DNA from: Squalus acanthias
Lineage: Eukaryota
Assembly: GCA_030390025.1 (NCBI GenBank)
Contig: CM059432.1
Location: 151,220,001-151,284,000, forward strand
Reading direction: 5' to 3'
Length of the DNA stretch: 64,000 nucleotides
Position 1 is the stretch's first letter. Each line of letters opens with the position of its first letter. Positions 12,876 to 25,539 of this stretch are shown here, in pieces. The notes beneath the pieces were generated by a model. That model was not told the origin of the DNA. It worked only from the letters and a program-made list of their open reading frames with translations, and did not search any database. A program made the position numbers and the translations under genes.

Positions 12876-13640
12876 GGGCTGGATTTTCAATGACACGTGG
12901 AGTCAGGTTTGGAGGTGTGTGGGGGGTTAAAGTTACAGATTCGGGGGTCCCGACCCCATCCCGACTCCATTCTGCCTCCACGCAATTTTGACAAAATCGA
13001 TCGCGGGGTTCCCGACTCCGTCCCACCTCCAAGAGGCGGGAGAGGCCATTAAAGCCCTTAACAAGCCCTAAATTGGCTCTGTAATGCCATTTTGAAACGT
13101 TTTAGCTAGTTTAACCCTTTTCCGACGTGAATTACACCTGATGTGAAACACGCCAGTGAAACCTGCCGGGAGCACAAGTGGATAGCTGACTATCAGCTGC
13201 AGGTCCACTATTACAACGGAGATGTGATGAAGGTAGTAGTAGTATTGTGATGAAGGTAGTAGTAGTATTAGGTCTGAAAGTCGCCTCTGATGCTGCTGCA
13301 TTGAATGTCTTCAGAGACTGCCTGGGAGGACTTGATTGCAAAAAAAATTCTCTCTCTCTCTCTCTCTCTGAGATGAGCATTTTGCATCCAGGTCCTCTCA
13401 CAGCAAAGGCCAGGCAATCTCTGAGACCAGGCAGTCAGTCTCTGACCTGCAATGATGACATCATCAGAGGCGACTTTCAGACTGAAACCACTAATTGGTT
13501 CATGGGTTCCCACATGCTGGAACTCAATTGCCCAATTAAGTGAAAATTGCATCATTCATCCACATTAATCTGGAGTCGGGGAGGCAACACGAAATGTGGG
13601 TAACACGACCCCAACCCGACCCCAAGACAAAATCCAGCCC
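12876..13640. mobile_element. Harbinger-type MITE (family C)
   Basis: TIRs gggctggatttt / aaaatccagccc; TSD ttt/ttt; homologous to 15279-16006. Confidence 0.92.
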
Positions 13641-15278
13641 TTTGTGTCCTCCTCACAACTTGCTTTCCCACCTATCTTTGTATCGTCAGTGAGGGTGCGG
13701 TATGACGGTTGGTTCCTGAAGACCCATGTGGTGTAGGGCCTACTGCAGCCTCCCCTCCTTCTCCCAGGTCCGTGGGCTCTCCCTGCTGTGCTGGTGCTGC
13801 AGGCTCCTCAGCCTCCAGCCTCAGAGGCACACTCAGCCGAACACCCATGTCAGCAGCAACTGTGCAGAATTGTAAAGACTCAGAAAAACTGCTGCACCTC
13901 CAATAAGTATATGCAAGAAATATTGAAGCACTTCTATTGCAGCCAAAACGGTCCCAACGAGCACCCTAGTAGCCTGAAATGACTAACAAGAGAATGACCT
14001 TATTGGAGGTCAGGAGTCCTTTAATTAGCACTTGTAAAGGATGCTTCACAACTGTATCCCGCCATGATTCACTGGGCAGGCTTAAGAACTGACAAATCAG
14101 GCAACGGCACAAACCAATTTCAGAAATGGGTCTTCAATCGGAGTAAGGATCCTCATTATAATACCTGGATTGGCTCTGCAGTGAAATTTGGCAGGTGCCT
14201 GGGACACCCACACTACTATGGCAACTGCCACCCTTCAGGCGCACGATCTGTGCCAAAAATTGGTAGCACCTGGATCCGTTCCGTGCCCGAAAAACAGATG
14301 AAGTGAGGACCAATTTTGCCCTCACTGTCTTCAGAGCCTTAGTCATAGGGTCCTCTGTGTTCCTGGAGCTGCTGCACACCCCTGGGTGACTGCAGTGCTG
14401 GTAATGCCCTTAATGTGCCCTGCATATGTTGGATGGTGAAAGAATGCATGATCCCCATATTGAATGTGGTGTTTTAAAAATCTATATTAAAGAGAGAAGC
14501 ACAGTGAATAACAGAATAAGGAGTCATGGGCCATTCTTTGTTACAATTACTTATAACTCACAGTGGAGGCAGCGTTGCCAACACTCCAGGACTGTCCTGG
14601 AGTCTCCACGAATTAAACAGTTATCTCCAGGACTCTGCTGCCCGGGAGAATAATCATAGGGGCATGAAAAAAATTGTTTCAACACTTTTATTTATTAGTA
14701 ATAAAAGATATTGGAGATGGGAAGAAAAGGCTGTTTGACTGGGTGGGATGGTTGAAGGTGGGAAGCCATGTGATGAAAGCTCCAGGAATATATCCATGAG
14801 AATCTTAAGTGGAGAAGGAAGCAATTCTGCTGTGAAAAATGGAACATTTCGGTTTGTGACAGGTGGTCAGTGAGGAATTGGCCACTTGTGAAGTTCTGTG
14901 TATCGGATAACAATCTACATTCTGATAAGTATAGCAATCCACAATTGTTATAGCTTGAACAGGCAGCCATTACTGTACATCACTGCCAAAAGCATACCCT
15001 TAATCTTCCCAAACTCATTCCCAATGCAGAGATTCATCAATCCCCTAAATGGAAGCTTCATGAATCACCTTTACAAGATAAAGATTACCCACACGCTCCA
15101 AATATGGGATAATTCCCAATAAATGATCTTTCCAGAACTTTTGCAGCGAAAACATTTCTCTGACAGAGAATAATTTGATTCACATGATACGAGAAACATA
15201 GTGATGGAATAAAAACAGAAAATGCTGGAGACACTCAGCAGGTCAGGCAGCATCTGTGAAGAGAGAAACAGAGTTAAC

Positions 15279-16006
15279 GGGCTCGATTTTGCCGGGCCCG
15301 AGGAGGCGGGAATGGAGGCGTGTGGGGTGTTAAAATTGCAAAAAATGGCGGGCGGGCCCAACCCCGCCTCCATCCCGCCTCTGAGCAATTTTCCAAAATG
15401 CTGTGGTTTCTGATCCCGTCTCCGTCCCTCTCCAAGAGGTGGGATAGGCCCTTAAGGCCCTTAACAACCACTTAATTGCCTCTATAATCCCATTTTGAGA
15501 GGCCTTTCTGATTTTAACACTTTTCCGACGTGATGCACACCTCCTCTGAAACACGACGGTGAAACCTGCCGGTAGCACACTTGGATTGCTGACTATCAGC
15601 TGCAGGTCCACCATTAAGGAGATTTGATCAATCATCATTCTGGGGGAACTTTTAGCAGTCATAACCATTGGGGGGGGGTGGGTGGTGGTGGTGGTGGTGG
15701 TGGAAGAAAGAATCTGGGAGCAGACTTAGGTCTCCTGCTGCTCATTTTGCCTCCAGGTCCCTCTCACAGCAAAGGCCAAAAGCTTCCCAGTCTTTGCAGA
15801 CCTTAAATGCAGCAGCAATGATGACATCATCAGAGGCGACTTTCAGACTAAAAAAACGAATTGGGTCATGGGTTCCCACATGCTGGAACTCAATTGCCTC
15901 ATTAGGGGAAAATTGCATAATTCTCCCACATCCAATTGGAGTCGGGTGGCTAACACGAAAAGCGGATGACACGACCCCAGCCCGCCCCAATGACAAAATC
16001 GAGCCC
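15279..16006. mobile_element. Harbinger-type MITE (family C)
   Basis: Perfect 13-bp TIRs gggctcgattttg / caaaatcgagccc; TSD aac/aac. Confidence 0.93.
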
Positions 16007-16039
16007 AACGTTTCAGGTCGACGACCTTTCGTCAGAACT
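16007..16039 (-). ncRNA. Minimal type I hammerhead ribozyme core, interrupted at the cleavage triplet
   Basis: Minus strand agtt-CTGACGA-a-aggtc-gtc-gacct-GAAA-cGTT; the stem I 3' arm (aact) is displaced to 15272-15275 by the MITE. Confidence 0.75.
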
Positions 16040-16799
16040 GGAAAAAAACAGGAAATGGAACAGATTTTTAAGCAAGGGCAGGGGCTGGGAAAGTGGGGAG
16101 GGGATGAAAGAACAAAAGGGAAGGTCTGTGATCGGGTAGAAGGCAGGAGAAGTTAAGAGACATTAAGAGATATTCAAGGCAAAAGGAGATGGTAATGGAA
16201 CAGGTTAAGAAACAAAGGATGGCTCTGGATGAAGTGTAAATTGCGCTGGCAGAATGGAAGACAGCTGCCATGTGGGAGAGAAGAAAAGAAGACACAGACA
16301 AAAAGTGTGGATGAAAAATATATATATGATCGGGCCCGAGGTTATGATCTGAAATTGTTGAACTCTATGTTGAGTCCAGAAGGCTGTAAAGTGCCTAATC
16401 GAAAGATGAGATGCTGTTCCTCGAGATGGAAGGTGATAGCTGATTTAGAGACAGGTTCAAGTATTTAAAAAAATGCACTTGCTTCGATTGGATCCTACTG
16501 TTTTAACTGTAAAGATGTGAAATAGCAACTCAACAACATTAACGCAGAAAAAGCAGGACATACATTTTTACAATTACTACAAGCATCTTTGAAGATGAGA
16601 AAGGCAGGTAAGGCTTGAGTACAATAGATTCATAGCATAGATAATCACAGATAATTACTTCCATTAAGCACTTAGCGAGTGCTTTGAGAAGCTGAGGACA
16701 TTTTAATAACATACATTTTGAATTTTTTTTATGGGCAGTTATACGAAATGGAATGTAGCTTTACTGTTGTTTAAGGGTTTTATTTATACGTGCTTTTTA

Positions 16800-17060
16800 C
16801 AAAACAACAACAACAACAACTTGCACTTTTATAGGACAAAAATGTCACAGTGGTGTAATCGGACGAAAATGGAGCCTGAGTCAAAGAAGGAGATATTAGG
16901 CGGGGTGATCGAAAGTTTGGTCGAAGAGCTGGGTTTTAAGGAGGATCCTAAAGGAGGAGAGAGAGATGAAGAGATGGAGGGGTTTAGGGAGGGAATTCCA
17001 GAGTGTGGAGTTTAATCGGCTGAAGGCCCAATCGCCAATGGTGGATGAAGGAAGGGAGGG
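16800..17060 (-). mobile_element. L2-clade LINE 3' fragment with (TTG)n tail
   Basis: TIGDWAFS...LWNSLPKPL...SFRILLKTQLF; similar to 51100-51588. Confidence 0.7.
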
Positions 17061-17802
17061 AGTCACAAGTTGAGAGATCGGGGGGTGGGGGAGGGAGGGA
17101 GGGCGGGTTGTGGGGCTGAAAGAGGTAAATTGACTTGTCAAAATCTTAGAGAGGAATACCAAGAATATATTAGATCAATCCTTGCTGGCAGAGAATGGTT
17201 AGAGATAGCTGATATTTAAACCAGCTCAAAACCCCCAGCTAGGACTATGTTTTAACCAGTTCCGACAAATCGCCTCTTAAACTGGTTCCAATACTCACCA
17301 TTAGGGCTGTGGACAGATGCTTATGTGGTTCAACGATTTTAGTAGCAGCAGGTCAATGCCACTTATAAATACTGGTTGTAAAATACTGCTGAAGTGAATT
17401 TGTTGACAGTCAGATTGAGAACCCGCAACCAGCAATTATCCACAAATTGTTTTCTGCAAATTATTTTTACAGGCGTGTACTATTTTAGAAGAACTTGCAG
17501 TGACGAGGTGTGTTGCACGGCTATGGATTTGCTGGCTAATGTCACTTCAGGAATGAATATGAATGATTTAACTCTCAGCAGACAGCTTTCCACTGGCAGT
17601 GTATTCCAGCGTATATTCCGAGAATGTGACCGCTCGACATCTTTCAGGGATGGAGGTATTTAGTCACTGAGGCAATGATCTCAATGGACCCAGTGAGGTC
17701 CATCTTGCTGTCAATGTACAACTGACCTGTTTTTACAGCTTGCCTATTTAGGCTGATTTGTCACCTGCCCGTGCATTACTTTTATTTGGGTCACATCCTT
17801 GA

Positions 17803-17957
17803 CAATGTTGCCCCTAAGGTGCGCGGCTGTGCACCAATCGCAAGGTCCCGCGCAGACCGCTCACCAGCGCTGCCGCTGGAAGACGTACCGTGCATGCACG
17901 GCCATGCAGCAAATTTAAAGGGGCCGCGCGGGGAAAAATTAATTCGAGGGAGCATTG
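17803..17957. mobile_element. hAT-type MITE
   Basis: TIRs caatgttgccc / gggagcattg; 8-bp TSD atccttga/attcttga. Confidence 0.75.
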
Positions 17958-18019
17958 ATTCTTGACGTCTCTCAGTGATTGCACAGTTTAGATTTCTCTA
18001 GCAAGCAGCTGAAATCATT

Positions 18020-18397
18020 GAGGATGAGATGATTAAGGGGAGATCTAACAGATGTGTTCAAAATTCTGAGGTGTTTTGATAGAGCTAATAAGGAGAAACT
18101 GTTTCCACTGGCAGGAGGGTCGGCAACCAGAGGACACAGATTGAAGATAATTGGCAAAAGAACCAGAGGGGAGATGAGGAGAAATGTTTATATGCAGCGA
18201 GTTGTTCTGATCTGAAATGCCTGAAAGGGTGGTAGAAACAGAATCAATAGTAACTTTCAAAAGGGAATTGGATAAATACTTGAAAAGGAAAAATTTGCAG
18301 GGCTCTGGGGAAAGAGCAGGAGTGAGACTAATTGGAGAGCTCTTCCAATGGGCAGAATGGCCTCCTTCTGTGCTGTATGATTCTATGATTCTATGAA
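18020..18397 (+). mobile_element. CR1 3' fragment
   Basis: LRGDL..VFKILR...KLFPLA..TRGH and (gattctat)n tail. Confidence 0.85.
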
Positions 18398-20582
18398 TCT
18401 ATTCATGGGTACACAGACTCCATTCTCTACTTGCATTGGTACATCCATTGGGATTCAAGAGTAATTGAGCTGGCGACAGTGAATAAAGACACTGCTAGAT
18501 ACAACTAAAGTCACAGTGGAAGCAGCGGGACATTTGAAACCAAGACATGGTTCACTGCTGCTTTGAACTATATGTGGTTCATGACTCTCCTCTACCATTT
18601 CTCATTATCCTCAGAGGGTTGAATTAGCCTGGACAAAAAACAGGAGACCATGATCTTTGCAGCACAATTTCGACATAAATCCAGCAGAGGAGTGGGGAGG
18701 GGGTTGTAAAACAAGGTAGAATCCAAATCCTCTGGTTTGCCCAGGTGCGTTGCAGCAGCAGTTTAGGGGCATGTCTGGTGGCGTTTCTGGCCTATCCTGG
18801 AAACCCAACTGGACGTAGGTGAGATAGGCCCAGCTCGTCCTACTTCTGCTGAGAAGGCGTTGGTCCTGTTCTGGGCCACAAGTGGGCACCTCCAGGAGAC
18901 TCTGGTGAAGTCCTCGCCCCACTTCTACGGGAGCCATCACCCTTTCCGTCTCCAGCCTGAGCAGCCTCTGGCTCCCCCTCTCGTTACCACTCCTAGATTA
19001 CACTGGATCAGTGGCCCGGATGCCACAGTTGTGTCACTACAGATGCGGATACCTACCCCTAGTATTTCAATAGGATTTGTGACAGGGTTACAGCCAGGTC
19101 AAAGTGGCAGGCGGAAGCTCCACCTTGCCATAACTCCGTCGGTGTAAAGGCACGGGACTATTTGTACCCTCAGGAATTGAATTGCATATGTCTGTTCCTG
19201 AAGTAGTTCTGTAATCATGGTCCCAGTGCTGAATCAATGATCCTGTGCATATTGCAGTGTGGATTCCACACAAGCAGTTCCAATTTAAAACAACCAGCTC
19301 AGCTGTTTACATTACTGAAGCTTTAAACTTTACCAAACTGGATGTGGCAGCTTCCCCAGCAGCTGAAGAAGTTCTGCAGATAGCAATCTGAAAACCACTT
19401 TACTGACCCGTAAGGTGCAGACAGGACAGTGGCATCATAACCAAGATGGCATCAGCAGGGCAGCAATTCCTGAAACAGGATTTTTCTCTGCACCTTGTGT
19501 TGCCCCACAAGCCCCTGGACACTTCAAACCTGCAAGGACCACCCTACTTGCTAGAAACCTGATCTGGCCTCTTTTGGCATACCAGCAGGAGTACGGCATT
19601 GGCAGTCCTCGCCCCCTTGTTTTACATTCATGTTCATGGTGGAGCCACTAGCCAAAGCTACATCTTTTGGTGGCAGCGTGCCCACCTAGGTTACAGTGCC
19701 AGTTTGCCACCAGTAATGTGACTGATGTTTCCAGAAAATTGGCAATGTAAATCAACGTCACAGAGTCATCCTGTGTAGTTTTTTCTGAGTTTGGGGCTGG
19801 GGATATAGATGGGAGTATGCATTGTCACCAAGCTTATAGGGATGATTAGCCCACCAGGCTTGTAATAATAGGGATAACTATAGGCTATATAATGAAGGGA
19901 GATAGTTCAGTCATTTTAATGCCAAATTATAGACAATTGGAAATTGCATCATTGGTTTAAGCCTACTGTTGCAAATTGTTTGGCTTTGTGCTGAATATTC
20001 TCACAGATTCAGCCTCACCAGTCACTCCTGTAACTGGGCCTTGCGTCCCTATAATCCAGAGTGCACACTTTACTGCCCACCATCTGCTTCAATGATCGCA
20101 CCTAAGGGATCACAATGTAGAACCTTTGTTACTTGTGCTGGCTATTGTAATCTCATTCATGTTGCTACATGCATTCTCCTACCTCACAGAAGGCATTCTA
20201 GTGAGACAAGACTCAATCGTAAACCAGCAAATTGGTTTATTTTACATTAAAAAGATGAATGCACAGAACACAGCATGAGATCCATTAATTTCCTACTATG
20301 CCTCATTCTATGTCACTGACACAATAGCACACTTTCAAGCTACTTACTCTCAATCTAACCAATACAGTCTTTAGTTTACAATCGTACAGGTTCAGTGTAC
20401 TATTCTAGTGTGTTTGAGAGAGTGATAAAAAAAAGTGTTTTCTGACCCTGCCTTTAACGATGCATTTGGGATTGGATCGCAAAGCTGTCGACCAAAGGTA
20501 CCTGATTGAAATGCCTCCCCTTTGATGTAGGAGCCTGAGGCATCCAAAACTCGCTTTCACAGCCACATCTCCTTCCTCAGCA

Positions 20583-20862
20583 TCTGGCTCTTTACTTGTC
20601 CCATCACCATCCCCTTTTGCCTTGCACCATCATCCCTTTTGTCTTTTAATCTCTCCTGCCTTCCACCCGATCACAGACCTTCCCTTTTGTTCTTTCCTCC
20701 CCTCCCTGCTTTCCCTGCCCCCTACACTTGCTTAAAACCTGTTACATCTCCAACTTTTTCCAGTTCTGATGAAAAGTCATCAACCTGAAACGTTAACTCT
20801 GTTTCTCTCTCTACAGATGCTGCCTGACCTGCTGAGTATTCCAGCATTTTCTGTTTTTATTC
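20583..20862 (+). mobile_element. Penelope-like element terminus
   Basis: Pyrimidine-rich tract, then hammerhead motif and gatgctgcctgacctgctgagt...ttttctgtttttatt. Confidence 0.75.
20762..20798 (+). ncRNA. Minimal type I hammerhead ribozyme motif
   Basis: agtt-CTGATGA-aaagtcatcaacct-GAAA-cGTT-aact: stem I agtt/aact, palindromic ACGT stem III; stem II weakened by two substitutions relative to the 16007 copy. Confidence 0.7.
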
Positions 20863-21146
20863 CAAATGTCTGTTTAGCTAAACCCAGTGGGGTGTGCATT
20901 GTATGACAACCAACCTGGCTGAGCCACAACTGACCTACTCCTGGAGCTTTTCCATTGTCTCAAAGCTGTAGGAACTTCCATTGGTAAACAGTTGATAATT
21001 CATATCACCAAGGCCTCCCTAATTCCATGTCTGCTAGTTAACTTTAAGTGAAAACTAATACATTTGGCATCATAAAAAATATTATAAATTGACAAAATGC
21101 TGCTCAGACAATACTGGTAAAATACAAAGTGCTATACTTATAATAT

Positions 21147-21769
21147 AGGGGCAATTTTCTGACAACACTGTTGGTGGTTAGACTCATCTGCCAGAAGTAT
21201 ATATCTGAAACTCAGTTATTCTGGGCATGATTTTATGGTCAGCCTTGGCTCAATGGTAGCACTCTCACCTCTGAGTTCGAAGGTTGTGGGTTCAAGTCCC
21301 ATTCCAATGACTTGAGGACATAAAATAGGTTGACACTTCAGTGCAGTGCTGAGGGAGTGCTGCACTGTCGGAGGTGCCATCTTTCAGTTGAGATGTTAAA
21401 CTGAAGCCTAATTCTGCCCTCTCAGATGAACGTAAAAGATCCCCTGTTCGAAGGAGAGTTGGGGAGTTCTCCCAGTGTCCTGGCCAACATTTACCACTCA
21501 ACCAACATCATTAAAAAACAGATTATGTGGTCACTGCTGTTTGTGGGACCTTGCTGTGTACAAATTGGCTGCCTTGTTTCCCTGGATTACAACAATGACT
21601 ATAAGAGTATTGATTGTGAAGCACTTTGGATTGTCCTGAGGCCATGAAAGGCATTACATAAATACAAGCTCTTTCTCGTTCTATTTAAATTAATGATCGG
21701 AAAATCATTCTTGGCATACGTGAATTTCCCATCTGCTCTACCGATGGACAACGTTGGAAAATGATCCCT
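21147..21769. mobile_element. Old Harbinger-type MITE carrying a SINE insertion
   Basis: TIRs aggggcaattttctgac / gttggaaaatgatccct; TSD tat/tat. Confidence 0.6.
21238..21680 (+). mobile_element. Full-length tRNA-derived Deu-domain SINE (SacSINE1-like)
   Basis: Box A tggctcaatggt, box B ggttcaagtcc, central cagtgcagtgctgagggagtgctgcactg, L2-like tail; several other copies in the window. Confidence 0.85.
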
Positions 21770-22984
21770 TATATATTGTTAATAACAAGTCATATTTTCC
21801 TATCTGGTTTAATACAGCAATAGATGGTTTCTGCCAGTAGATTAAAAACAGCAATTGAAGTAGTTATTAGGTGGTAGATAATCAGCCTGAGTAACACATT
21901 GTAAAGTGTATCATTGTTACAAATCCCTTTGACAATGTTCCATTACTGCTACAACAGTGCACTTTACATTGGTCCCAACACAATGCAAGCCATGAAAGGA
22001 TGAGGAGGAAAGGGTGAGAGAGCAGGAAGGGAATATGGTCTCAGCTTTGCTCAGAAAGGGTTCACTCAGATTATTCTAACTGCAGGTGTCAGAGGAACTT
22101 TGCCTGAAATGATTTGGGTTTTTGTCATTGATTGCACCCAATTTTGAGTCAGCGACTGCTCTCTCCGAGGCTATGAGATTGATAGCAGGTATAAAATTCT
22201 TCTGCTGGGATCATTCTGGGCACTGGGACTGACTTACTGCTGTCAGAGTACAGTGTCTACCTGCATTCAACGGCTGACAGATCCATGGCTCTGAAGGCTG
22301 GCAGGTTTATGCACTTTTTGCAAGATTCCTGACAGACAGCTTGTCGGATGGGAAAATTTGTCTACCGGTGCTGACAATTCCCAGAGTCCTGGATGTGGCA
22401 GACTCTGCTCATAGGGAGATAACAGACACTGTCACTCAATCCAATGCATGTTAGTTCCCTCAGTCCGTCTGCAGTATTAAACAACTCACTTTGCTGAAGA
22501 GTGCGAAATTTCTGGGATTAACACATCTCTGGTTTTAACAAACAACTCCTTCATCCTGAACTCGTTGTATGTCCTTGGGTGTTCAAACAAGATGATCAGC
22601 CGCAAGCATGGCTGTTTGGAAATTACCAGCACTGAACATACCTTTGGTTCATCGCAACAAAGGTTTTGGTGCTTTTGTTACACTGGAGGGGACCTGCGAT
22701 ATGAAGCGTGAGAAGGTTATCAGTTTAGCATTCATAGCTATATGGAAAAGTTAGCTGAATTAATTCTGATGGAATATCTCCTTTTCATTGAGGAGGTTAG
22801 TGGAATTCTATCTGGATCGTATTAGCTCTGACAGCAAAGAAACTATCCGTGCCGGAGGTAAAATAGGCAGATGTAGAATTGTCACTCAAAAAACAAATGA
22901 TGGCAGAAAAGATGCCAGAGGCAATGGCACTTGGATAAAGTACCAGGGCCAATAAGGCAGTGCCGGTACAGACTGCTGCTTATA

Positions 22985-24222
22985 TAGGATTACACAGGAT
23001 ATACGGCACAGAAACAGGCCATTCGGCCCAACCAGTCCATGCCGGCGTTTATGCTCCACTCGAGCCTCCTCCCGTCTTTCCCCATCTAAATCTATCAGCA
23101 TAACCCTCTATTACTTCTCCCTCATATGCTTGTCTAGCCTCCCCTTAAATGCATCTGTACTATTCGCTTCAACCACTCCCTGTGGTAGCGAGTTCCACAT
23201 TCTCACCACTCTCTGGGTAAAGAAGTTTCTTCTGAATTCCCTATTGGATTTCTTGGTGACTATCTTGTATTGATGGCCTCTAGTTATGCTCTTCCCCACA
23301 AGTGGAAACATTCTCTCTGTATCCACTCTCAACATTTTTCATGATTTTAAAGACCTCTATTAGGTCACCCCTCAGCCTTCTTTTTTCAAGAGAAAAGAGA
23401 CCCAGCCTGTTCATCCTTTTCTGATATGTATACCCTTGCATTTCTAGTATCATCCTTGTAAATCTTCTCTGCACCCTCTCCAGGGCCTCTATATTCTTTT
23501 TATAATACGGCGACCAGAACTGTACACGGTACTCTAAGTGTGGTCTAACCAAGGTTCGATACAGGTTTAGCATAACTTCCCTACTTTTCAATTCTATACC
23601 TGTAGAAATAAACCCGAGTGCTTGGTTTGCTTTTTTTATGGCCTTGCTAACCTGTGTCTCAACTTTTAATGATTTGTGTATTTGTACTCCGAGATCCCTT
23701 TGTTCCTCTACCCCACCTAGACTCGCACCCTCCAAGTGATAAGTGACCTCCTTATTCTTCCTACCAAAATGTAATACCTCACATTTATCTGTGTTGAACT
23801 TCATTTGCCAATTATTTGCCCATTCTGCAAGTTTATTAATGTCCTCCTGTAATTTGTTGCAGTCCTCCTCAGTATTGACTATCCCCCCAATTTGGTGTCA
23901 TCCACAAATTTAGAAATTGTGTTTTTGATTCCAAAGTCTAAATTGTTAATGTAAATTGTGGACAGCAGTGGTCCCAGCACTGATCCTTGTGGAACACCAC
24001 TACCCACCTTCTGCCACTGTGAATAGCTCCCCTTTACTCCGACTCTCTGCTTTCTGTTCTGAAGCCAGCCAGCAATCCATTCTGCTACTTGTCCCCTGAC
24101 TCTGCATTCTCTGACCTTGTTCATCAGTCCATTATGGTCGACCTTATCGAAGGCCTTTCGAAAATCCAGATAAATTACATCTACTGCATTACCATTGTCT
24201 ACTCTCTCTGTTACCTCTTCAA
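22985..24222 (-). mobile_element. 5'-truncated CR1
   Basis: SGVPQGSVLGP, KFVDDTKLG, KFNTDKCEVLHFG, 3' UTR; near-identical to 31675-32817. Confidence 0.95.
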
Positions 24223-24224
24223 GG

Positions 24225-24667
24225 GTTGAAGCCTGCAGGAAGAAGCAAAGGTAAGGAAACTTTTTCTAACTCTTTACACTCACCTCTCATACTTACCGCT
24301 CCACACTTGCACCCATCACTCACCTCTACAGCTGACATTTCGATCCCTCTCACCCCCGCAGACCCACTGCTCGCCTCACTGACTCTGGCGAGGTTCGCAG
24401 CCGTCGGGAAGCCCGCACTTGCAGGCGTAAAATGGGGAAAAGCCTCAAAACTGCCAATTAACTACCTGTTAACAGGCAGTTAATTGGCTCTAATCCCCTT
24501 CCCGCCTCGAGGAGATGGGTCCCTGCACGAGTCGGGGACCCGCCTCCCGGGAAGATGGCACAGAGGCGGGTTGGGAGCGGGCTCGGTACCTGCTCCCGGT
24601 TTCTGCCATTTCCCCGGCAGTCCCGCCTCCATACCCGCCTCCCCAGGGCTGGGAAAATTCCCCCCAT
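24225..24667. mobile_element. Truncated GC-rich Harbinger-type MITE
   Basis: One TIR-like end ggaaaattcccccc; internal similarity to family C termini. Confidence 0.5.
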
Positions 24668-24669
24668 AA

Positions 24670-25052
24670 TGTAGGGTGACATTTCAATGCAGTACTGAGG
24701 GAGTGCTGCACTGTCAGAGGTGTCGTATTTCAGATGAGGCGTTAAACCAAGGCCCCGTCTACCCTCTCAGGTGGACGTAGAAGATCGCATGGCACAATTC
24801 AAAGAAGAGTTGGGGAGTTCTCCCCGGTGTCCTGGCCAATATTTATCCCTCAACCAACATCACTAAAATAATTAACTGGTCATGCATCTCATTGCTGTTT
24901 GTGGGACCTTGCTGTGCATAAATTAGCTACCACGTTACCTACATTACAACAGTGATTACACTTCAAAAGTACATAATTAGCTGTAAAACACTTTGGGACA
25001 ACCTGAGGTTGTGAAAGGCACTATATAAATGCAGGTTCTTTCTTTCTTCTTT
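24670..25052 (+). mobile_element. Deu-domain SINE lacking its head
   Basis: Matches 21330-21680; (ttct)n tail. Confidence 0.8.
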
Positions 25053-25539
25053 CTATCCTGGCAAAGTTGAAAATCCCAACTTGTGTGTCAGACTATGCTG
25101 GAGTGTATTATAACTGTGACTGAATGAATGAGTAGGGAGAAAGTTAAACAAAGGCTGTACTAGCACCAAACTTGGGAGAAGTCTTTGGCATTTTTTGTGG
25201 ACAAAGAAACCCTCACAGCCCTTTAAATGGTAGTGCAGCCCTTGAACAGTTGTGATGGTGCTGGAAAAACAACCTCCCACTGTTTGAGCTTCCAGCCAAT
25301 CCAGGCCGGAACTTAAAAATGTAACCAGGGTTGCTCCCAGGAGATTCGGACAGGGATGGCCGTGCACAGTGCGGATCTGTGTGAACAGCTGAAGCAAAGC
25401 TTACATCGAATAATTGACCCAACTGAAACAGATCATTGAAATTTTGCTGTGGGTTGTTTTAAGTGCATTGGTTAACACATTTCAGTTACATTTGTGCATT
25501 ATTTCAATGAAGTCACTAGCCCATTCATTTCAACTCCCA

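Larger units (their letters stand above)
11003..13689 (-). mobile_element. 5'-truncated CR1 containing a solo LTR and a MITE
   Basis: Tail at 11003; EYKSREVLLQL...LEYCVQFWSP (11285-11599); QRDLGVLVH (about 12720); sequence is continuous across both insertions. Confidence 0.93.
10274..14322 (-). mobile_element. Partial Harbinger transposon (left end plus transposase N-terminus) split by a CR1
   Basis: TIR-like gggcaaaattgg at about 14322. RPYTTWVFRNQPSY (about 13700-13750) continues as CICLRRFRMDVITELCHQLQPHTRAWTALP (about 11000-10900), collinear with the transposases at 29232 and 54595. Confidence 0.75.
15205..16425 (-). mobile_element. Penelope-like element terminal region, split by a MITE
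   Basis: Same terminus as 20583-20862 and 44101-44352 (aaaacagaaaatgctgg...agagttaacgtttcagg) with a hammerhead core. Confidence 0.75.

Noticed and set aside
14570..14945. Possible hAT-like element starting cagcgttgccaac
   Set aside because: Could not define a matching right TIR or TSD
20115..20400. Possible small solo LTR
   Set aside because: TG/CA-like ends and a minus-strand AATAAA, but no TSD and no second copy
21238..21310. tRNA gene
   Set aside because: A/B boxes belong to a SINE head that continues into the Deu core; no intact cloverleaf seen
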